Positions 6,878-12,617 of a stretch of 12,617 bases of DNA are shown one piece after another (within the stretch, counting starts at the first letter, position 1; each line of letters starts with the position of its first letter). The position numbers and the translations under genes are program-made. Origin of the DNA: Candidatus Diapherotrites archaeon CG10_big_fil_rev_8_21_14_0_10_31_34 (GTDB taxonomy: Archaea > Iainarchaeota > Iainarchaeia > Iainarchaeales > 1-14-0-10-31-34); assembly GCA_002763225.1 (NCBI GenBank), contig PFAI01000036.1, positions 19,544 to 32,160 of the forward strand, read 5' to 3'. The notes beneath the pieces were generated by a model, which was given only the letters and a program-made list of their open reading frames with translations, was not told where the DNA came from and did not search any database.

Positions 6878-9214
6878 ATGGAAAAAGAATTTGATGTAAT
6901 TATTGTCGGCGGAGGCCCGGCAGGTTTAAGGGCAGCAGAAAAAACCGCTGAAAAAGGATTAAAAGTTTTATTATTAGAAAAAGACCAGGAAATAGGTTCT
7001 CCGGTAAGATGCGGTGAAGGACTTGGACTAGGCTGGTTTAACAGATTAGGGATTGAACCAAAACCAGAGTTTGCTGTTCAGCCAATGTATGGAGCAGTAT
7101 TGTATTCTCCTTCGGGAAAAGAATTAGTGGTTAGGTTTGACAGAATAACAGGTTATATTATTGAAAGAAGGATTTTTGAAAAGCATTTAGCAAGAGAAGC
7201 AGCAAGAAAAGGAGCAAGAATTATTGCTAAAACAACTGCAATAGATGTATTAAAAGAAGGAAATCAAATTACAGGAGTAAAAGCTTTAATTGATGGAATA
7301 GAAACTGAATTAAAAGCAAAAATTGTTATTGCAGCAGACGGCGTAGAATCAGTTATTGCCAGAAAAGCAGGATTAGACACAACTAACTCATTATATCACG
7401 TTGATTCAGGTTATCAATATGAAATGGCTGGAGTTAAAATTTCTCATCCTGATTTAATTGCATTATATTTTACAAACAATTATGCTCCAAGAGGATATTG
7501 TTTAACCGGAGACACAGAAATTTTTGCAAGAAACACTGTAAAAAAAATTTCTGATGTTGGAATTGGAGAAGAAGTTTTAACTTTGGATGGCTGGATGCCG
7601 GTATCAGATGTTTCTGAAAGAGAGTATGCTGGGGAAATAGTTTCTGTCACTCCAACTATGTTAAATAAAGAAGCCAAGCTAACTGCAGACCATTTGGTTT
7701 ATGTTTGGAATAAAAATAATGGCTTTGAGTGGAAAAAAGCAAAGGATTTGATTGAAACTAAAAAAGAACTTCGCGGAAAAGGGGATTATTTGGTTTTTCC
7801 CATAGCCGAAGAAAAAAAGCAGAAATTTATTGATGTTTCAAAATATTATGAAGGAATAGAAAAAAATGGTTTAATTTATCCAAAAGGAAGAAACCAGTTT
7901 GGAAAAGAATTTCCTTATAGACACGGGATTCCCAGAGACTTAGAATTTTCTGAAGAATTAATGGAGTTTTTTGGTTATTATGTTTCTGAAGGAAGCATTA
8001 ATTCCAATGGAGTAATTATTCCAAACACAGATAAAAAAATAATTAAGCGCTTAATGCGTATAGGAAAAAAAGTATTTGGTTTTCAGCCAAATTTGTGGGT
8101 TCAAAAAAGGCAAGAGTATTCTTATAAAGACTGTATTCAAGTTAATTTCGGTTCAAAGATTGTAAAAAAATTAACTTTTTCGTTGTTTGGAAAAGGTTCA
8201 AAGGAAAAACACTTGCCTAAATTTGTTTATGGTTTGACTAACAGACAAAAACTTGCGTTTTTGAAAGGCTGTTTTAGAGGGGATGGTTCTGTCTTTAAGT
8301 CAAGTGAAGGTTTAGATGTTTTATCTTATACAACTTCTTCTAAGTCTCTTGTTTATGATTTATGGTATCTTTTGGCTTCAATGAATATTGTTGCAGCAGT
8401 CAGCCATAAAAAAAAGAAAAATTCATTTCAGTTAAGAATCAGAGGAAAACAATTAGATAAACTTTCAAGTATTTTTGGAGAATTAAATCATGGAAATGCC
8501 GAAAGAAACACAGGATTCTTAATTAAGAATAATAAAGTTTTTTTAGGAATCAGAAAGCTGAATTCAGAGTATTTTTCAGGAAAAGTCTATGATATTCAGA
8601 CAACAGGTTCTTTTTGCCCTTTCTTTGCTGTTCACAACTGCTGGATCTTTCCAAAAGGAAAAGATTATGCTAACATAGGTGTTGGAATTCTTGGTTCTGA
8701 TATTAAAACAGCAAAAAAATACTTGGATGAATGGCTTGAAACCCAGCCTGAACTAAAAAATGGCAGTAAAATCATTGTAAATGCTGGTTGCATTCCTGTC
8801 GGAGGCTTTTTAGACAAAATGACTTTAAATGGCTTAATTGTTGTAGGAGATGCAGCTCATCAGGTTAATCCGATTCATGGCGGGGGAATGGGAATTGCAA
8901 TGGAAGCAGCAGATATTGCAGCAGAAGTAATCAAAGAAGCTTTTGAAAAAAACGATTTTTCTGACAAATTCCTTTCACAGTATACTTCTAAATGGTATGA
9001 AAAAAGAGGAAACAAATTAAAGAATATTTTAAAGAAAAGAAAAATGCTTGAATCAATTTCAGATAAAGACTTTGAAGTTTTAGTTAACTCTTTAAGCGGA
9101 GAAGATGTACTAAAATTAGCTGAAGGCGAATTAATTGAGTCAGCCAAAATTTTAACAAAAAAGCTGGTAAAAAACCCTAAACTTGCAATGCTGATGGTTA
9201 AGTATTTAAAATAA
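6878..9214 (+). CDS. Digeranylgeranylglycerophospholipid (geranylgeranyl) reductase family flavoprotein, intein-containing precursor
   Basis: FAD motif DVIIVGGGPAG, PVRCGEG, ERRIFEKHLA, IAADGVES, reconstituted APRGY|CWIFPKG, and GDAAHQVNPIHGGG. 778 aa minus a 380-aa intein gives a 398-aa mature protein, a typical size for the family. Confidence 0.92.
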   Translation: MEKEFDVIIVGGGPAGLRAAEKTAEKGLKVLLLEKDQEIGSPVRCGEGLGLGWFNRLGIEPKPEFAVQPMYGAVLYSPSGKELVVRFDRITGYIIERRIFEKHLAREAARKGARIIAKTTAIDVLKEGNQITGVKALIDGIETELKAKIVIAADGVESVIARKAGLDTTNSLYHVDSGYQYEMAGVKISHPDLIALYFTNNYAPRGYCLTGDTEIFARNTVKKISDVGIGEEVLTLDGWMPVSDVSEREYAGEIVSVTPTMLNKEAKLTADHLVYVWNKNNGFEWKKAKDLIETKKELRGKGDYLVFPIAEEKKQKFIDVSKYYEGIEKNGLIYPKGRNQFGKEFPYRHGIPRDLEFSEELMEFFGYYVSEGSINSNGVIIPNTDKKIIKRLMRIGKKVFGFQPNLWVQKRQEYSYKDCIQVNFGSKIVKKLTFSLFGKGSKEKHLPKFVYGLTNRQKLAFLKGCFRGDGSVFKSSEGLDVLSYTTSSKSLVYDLWYLLASMNIVAAVSHKKKKNSFQLRIRGKQLDKLSSIFGELNHGNAERNTGFLIKNNKVFLGIRKLNSEYFSGKVYDIQTTGSFCPFFAVHNCWIFPKGKDYANIGVGILGSDIKTAKKYLDEWLETQPELKNGSKIIVNAGCIPVGGFLDKMTLNGLIVVGDAAHQVNPIHGGGMGIAMEAADIAAEVIKEAFEKNDFSDKFLSQYTSKWYEKRGNKLKNILKKRKMLESISDKDFEVLVNSLSGEDVLKLAEGELIESAKILTKKLVKNPKLAMLMVKYLK
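7499..8638 (+). mobile_element. Intein with LAGLIDADG homing endonuclease (aa 208-587, 380 aa)
   Basis: Block A CLTGDTEI, block B LTADHLVYV, block C FFGYYVSEGS (~7961-7999), block E FLKGCFRGDGS (~8255-8290), block F VYDIQT, block G AVHN followed by +1 Cys. Confidence 0.95.
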
Positions 9215-9248
9215 AAACCGAATATTTAAAAGAAAAATAAAAACTGGT

Positions 9249-9785
9249 TTAAGAATTATATAAATTTGTTATGCTGTCAGCTGAAATTTGTTGTGTATTG
9301 TAAATTTTTAATCCAATTAATTGTTCGTTTTTTTTCAGGAATTCAGCATTATAATTTCCTTTGCTTATTTCTTGGTATTCATTAAAATTTTTTAGCTGAA
9401 TTATTTTTTCGCCCATGGTTATTGAAGCAGTATTTGAACTAGTGTAATTTATCACTGCCTTTTCATGAAACCAATATGAATCAGCACTTTCGCCAATATT
9501 TAATGGTTGAGGTAAAATTAATTCATAAATAAATGCATATTGTGGAATTCCTCTTTTGTTTACTTCAACTGAAATTTTTTCTCCTGTTTTCAAAAAAGCA
9601 AGTTCATTTGAAGTTAAAACAAATTTTCCATTTCCTAATCCGCTGATATAATCTTTTAGTTCAACAGGGTAATTGACATGAATTTCCTTTACTGTAATAG
9701 CCTGTCCTGTAGCTTCATTTTCTTTTTGAGTGCAGCCGGCAAACAACAGAATTAAAGGAATTAAAATTATTAAAACTTTATTCAT
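9249..9785 (-). CDS. Putative lipoprotein / secreted protein
   Basis: MNK plus hydrophobic stretch plus lipobox-like LFAGC; GAGGTGG SD on the minus strand at 9790-9796; no recognisable domain. Confidence 0.7.
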   Translation of the reverse strand: MNKVLIILIPLILLFAGCTQKENEATGQAITVKEIHVNYPVELKDYISGLGNGKFVLTSNELAFLKTGEKISVEVNKRGIPQYAFIYELILPQPLNIGESADSYWFHEKAVINYTSSNTASITMGEKIIQLKNFNEYQEISKGNYNAEFLKKNEQLIGLKIYNTQQISADSITNLYNS

Positions 9786-9894
9786 TTTTCCACCTCAACA
9801 AAATATGTTATGTATTAAACTATATCTTTTCGCCTTTTTATATTTATTGTTTTAACCTTTTTGCTGTTTCTTATATTATTTAAGGAGAAAAATT

Positions 9895-11010
9895 ATGCAG
9901 TTGCTGAATTTAACTTTAAGCTACCTTTTACAGGAAACCAGTTCTTTAATTGAAAATTCTTTTATTAACAAACTGCAGGAACTGGATAATGATAAATTTA
10001 AGTTAAAGTTAAGAACAGCTAATGGAACAAAAAATCTTTTTCTTTTCCCTTTAGCAGTGTTTTTTTCTGAATACAAAATTGATGCAAAAAAACAGACATC
10101 AGGGTTTGGTGCATTTTTAAGAAAAAGGATTGAAGGAAAAAAAATTCTTGCAGTCTCTCAGCATAACTCAGACAGAATTATTCAGATGGAATTGCAGGAC
10201 TATTATTTAATCCTTGAATTATTTTTGAATGGAAATATTATTTTAACAGACAAGGAATTCAAAATAATTTCTGCTTTTAAAAAAGACGAAAACAAAAACA
10301 GAAAAATCTCTAAAGGAGAACTTTATTTGTTTCCTGAATCAGCCAAACTAAATCCAAAAGAAATGGGTTTTGAAAACTTCAAACAAAGTTTTGAAAAAGA
10401 TGACAAAGAAAATTCAGTTCTTTCAGTTATTTCTTGTTTAGAGATTGCACCAATTTTTGTTGAAGAAATATTTTTCAAGCTTAATCTAAAAAAAGAAAAA
10501 AAATTAACTGAAAAAGATTTAAAAAAAGTTTTTGATGAAATCAAAAAAATGTATTCATTAAAAGAAAAATCAAATCCAGTTAAGGTTCAAAAAGGAAAAG
10601 AATTTTTTATTATTCCTTTTCCTTTAACTTCAGTTAAAAAAACAGAAAAAATTAATTCAATTAACTCTGCTTTAGATGAATTTTATTCAAAAGAGTTTTT
10701 TTCTGAAAACCAGCCGGAAAAAAAATCAAAAAAACTAATTGGTTTAGAGTACAGCTTTGGACAGCAACTTGATGCAGAAAAAAAACTAAAAGAACAAATT
10801 GAATTAAACAAAATCAAGGCAGAAGCAATTTACTTAAATAATTTGTTGATTCAGGAAATAATTGACTCAGCAAAAAAAGGTTTATCTAAGGATTTAAAAG
10901 AAAAAGAAATAAAAGAAAAAATTAATGTTTACTTAAAAACAAATAATAAAGAAATAGAATTAATTTCTTTAACCAGAAACAAAGTATTACTTAACTTGAA
11001 AGAAAAATAA
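9895..11010 (+). CDS. rqcH: NFACT/Rqc2 (RqcH, FbpA-like) N-terminal half
   Basis: SGFGAFLRKRIEG, NSDRII, LILELFLNGNIILTD, IAPIFVEE (HhH-like), SINSALDEFY and a following coiled coil; AAGGAG SD; no NFACT-R domain recognisable. Confidence 0.8.
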   Translation: MQLLNLTLSYLLQETSSLIENSFINKLQELDNDKFKLKLRTANGTKNLFLFPLAVFFSEYKIDAKKQTSGFGAFLRKRIEGKKILAVSQHNSDRIIQMELQDYYLILELFLNGNIILTDKEFKIISAFKKDENKNRKISKGELYLFPESAKLNPKEMGFENFKQSFEKDDKENSVLSVISCLEIAPIFVEEIFFKLNLKKEKKLTEKDLKKVFDEIKKMYSLKEKSNPVKVQKGKEFFIIPFPLTSVKKTEKINSINSALDEFYSKEFFSENQPEKKSKKLIGLEYSFGQQLDAEKKLKEQIELNKIKAEAIYLNNLLIQEIIDSAKKGLSKDLKEKEIKEKINVYLKTNNKEIELISLTRNKVLLNLKEK

Positions 11011-11011
11011 A

Positions 11012-11281
11012 TTACTCGCTTTCGATTGCACTTAATTCTCTTTCATCGACGATAAACACATCGCTTACTGCTGTTACAGCAGAATAAGGAATGTTTATTA
11101 CTCTGTCTTTTGAACCGATTTTTTTGATTACTTTACTGTCTCTGTCAACTTCAACTAACAAGGTTTCAATGTCTCCTGTTACTTCATTTACAATTAAATC
11201 GGTTAGTTTTCCTACTTCGTCTCCTCTGTTTGTAATGACCCTTTTAGTGGCCAACTGTCTTGCTACAGTGTATTTATACAT
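11012..11281 (-). CDS. Stand-alone PRC-barrel protein (CdpB-like)
   Basis: LATKRVITNRGDEVGKLTDLIVNEVTGDIETLLVE...IPYSAVTAVSDVFIV fits the PRC-barrel pattern; 89 aa. Confidence 0.85.
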   Translation of the reverse strand: MYKYTVARQLATKRVITNRGDEVGKLTDLIVNEVTGDIETLLVEVDRDSKVIKKIGSKDRVINIPYSAVTAVSDVFIVDERELSAIESE

Positions 11282-11329
11282 TTTAATCCATCCAAATTAT
11301 TTTGTTATAATCTATAAAGGCTTTACAAG

Positions 11330-11337
11330 TTTATAAA
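11330..11337 (-). promoter_or_regulatory. Candidate TATA box for the PRC-barrel gene
   Basis: TTTATAAA preceded on the minus strand by a purine-rich BRE-like stretch (GAGAAAGA), about 50 nt upstream of the ATG. A second candidate (TTTATAG) lies at ~11312-11318. Confidence 0.3.
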
Positions 11338-11483
11338 TCTTTCTCTAAAACAAATTATACATAAATTTTTCTTTAAAAATCGCCGTCAAAATCCTGTTTT
11401 TGTTATTTTGGTTGTTTCTTGAAATTTCTTTAAATTATGGAAAATCAAAAAACAATTTGTTATGTATAATTGTGTTTTTTGGC

Positions 11484-12617
11484 TTATTTTATTTTGAATT
11501 TTGTTATTGCAAAGATAATTATGCCTATTATTAGTATTCCTGCCAGAATTATTGTTGTTGTGTTTGTTGGTGTTTCTGTTGTTGGGCAGTTGTCGTTTGG
11601 GGTATCAGTACAAGAACTCCAACTACTGTTGATGCATGTTTGTGTTCCTGGGCATGAATTTGTTTTGCAGTCTTTTGTTGTTCCTTCAATGCATGTTGTT
11701 GTTGGGTTGTATTCTTTTGTTGTTATTGTGTAACCGAGTTTTTCTGCTGTGATGTTTTGTGTTTGGTTTTGTTCTGTGAAGTCTACTATTCCTTGTGTGT
11801 TTGTGTATTTTGTTTGTGTTCCGTAAGTTACTTTTGCGTTTTCTATTTCTTTTCCTTGTAAGTCAGTTATTTTTACGACTAGTGATCCTTCTTTTTTGAA
11901 TATATATATTTCTAGTTTTTGTTCGGGGGTTGTTGTTTTGCAGTCTGCTGGGCAGTTTGTTATGTTTTCAAATTCTTGTTCGCATACTTCATTTCCGCAT
12001 TCGTCTGTTCTGAAAACCAAAATAATGGTTTGTTTTTTGTATCCGCTTGCCGATATTGTTATTTCTGTAAATTCTTTTTGTGTTTTGAGTTTTACTGTTC
12101 CTGTGTTGTTTGTGGTGTATGTTTTTGTTGTGTATCTTATTTTTGCTCCTTGTAGTGCATTATTGTTTTCATTTAAAATTGTTATTGTGATTGTTTCTCC
12201 GTCTTTGATTTTGTTTGGTTGAAGGTTTGTTGTGAAGTTTTTTAGTGTGGTTGTTCCTGTGTTGGATGTTGTTGGGCAGTTGTCGTTTGGGGTATCAATG
12301 CAAGTATTCCAATTGCTATTAACACATGTTTGTGTTCCTGGGCATGATTGTGTTGTAATACAACTTTGTGTTTGTTGTTCTGTTGTGCAGTTTCCGCATG
12401 ATTGGATTAGGTCTGGAATAAATTGTGTTGTTCCACAGTCGTTTTCTTCTGTGCATGTTCTATTTTGTTTTCCATCTAAACAGGTTGTCCAGTTTTCGCA
12501 GGCCCAATATTCTTCGCAGGGAGTTATGCATTCTATTGTTTGGTATTCTGCATTACAGCAGTATCCTGAATTATATATGTCTGTTCCACAATAGCATTCT
12601 TCTGTTATTTCTCCGTC
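11484..12617 (-). CDS. Modular Cys/Thr-rich membrane-anchored surface protein, 5'-partial (last 377 aa)
   Basis: The frame of ORF 11484..12020 has no stop up to the window end, so the gene probably starts beyond 12617. It contains Cys-rich modules, two beta-rich domains, a C-terminal TM helix (IILAGILIIGIIIFAIT) and a basic tail (KFKIK). Confidence 0.88.
   Translation of the reverse strand, partial: DGEITEECYCGTDIYNSGYCCNAEYQTIECITPCEEYWACENWTTCLDGKQNRTCTEENDCGTTQFIPDLIQSCGNCTTEQQTQSCITTQSCPGTQTCVNSNWNTCIDTPNDNCPTTSNTGTTTLKNFTTNLQPNKIKDGETITITILNENNNALQGAKIRYTTKTYTTNNTGTVKLKTQKEFTEITISASGYKKQTIILVFRTDECGNEVCEQEFENITNCPADCKTTTPEQKLEIYIFKKEGSLVVKITDLQGKEIENAKVTYGTQTKYTNTQGIVDFTEQNQTQNITAEKLGYTITTKEYNPTTTCIEGTTKDCKTNSCPGTQTCINSSWSSCTDTPNDNCPTTETPTNTTTIILAGILIIGIIIFAITKFKIK
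11577..12347. repeat. 81-nt direct repeat pair (11577-11657 and 12267-12347)
   Basis: 71/81 identical by manual alignment, offset 690 nt; encodes SCPGTQTC(V/I)NS(N/S)W(N/S)(T/S)C(I/T)DTPNDNCPTT. Confidence 0.92.

Noticed and set aside
8042..8055. 14-bp perfect palindrome ATTAAGCGCTTAAT within the intein
   Set aside because: Single occurrence in coding sequence with no supporting context; plausible by chance.
11282..11483. Possible ncRNA, tRNA or CRISPR element in the longest intergenic gap
   Set aside because: AT-rich, with no GC-rich stems, cloverleaf or spaced repeats visible.
12018..12020. TTG start for the surface protein as given in the ORF track
   Set aside because: The frame stays open to the window end with continuous modular content.
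11577..12347. Diversity-generating retroelement TR/VR pair
   Set aside because: Mismatches are not confined to adenines of either copy on either strand, both copies are in-frame coding modules, and no reverse transcriptase is in the window.
11470..12594. Plus-strand Val/Cys/Phe-rich ORFs (11470..11733, 11896..12222, 11919..12155, 12232..12594)
   Set aside because: Antisense shadows of the A/C-rich surface-protein gene.

Overview
Low-GC (roughly 30% by eye) archaeal chromosomal window, probably from a DPANN-type lineage. That placement is an inference from GGTGA/GAGGTG-type Shine-Dalgarno sites, an archaeal-type PGK, DGGR, Rqc2 and PRC-barrel gene, Cys-rich surface proteins, and bacterial-type GAPDH and LeuRS cores. 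Gene order: 5'-truncated coiled-coil/transglutaminase-like protein lacking its catalytic Cys; gap-pgk; Cys-rich membrane protein (-); chimeric leuS (-); a 59-aa 2x[4Fe-4S] ferredoxin missed by the ORF track; digeranylgeranylglycerophospholipid reductase interrupted by a 380-aa LAGLIDADG intein; lipoprotein (-); N-terminal half of Rqc2/NFACT; PRC-barrel protein (-); and the C-terminal 377 aa of a modular Cys/Thr-rich surface protein running off the window. The most notable observation is a homing-endonuclease intein inserted in the conserved YxWxFP motif of a membrane-lipid reductase, next to its probable ferredoxin electron donor.
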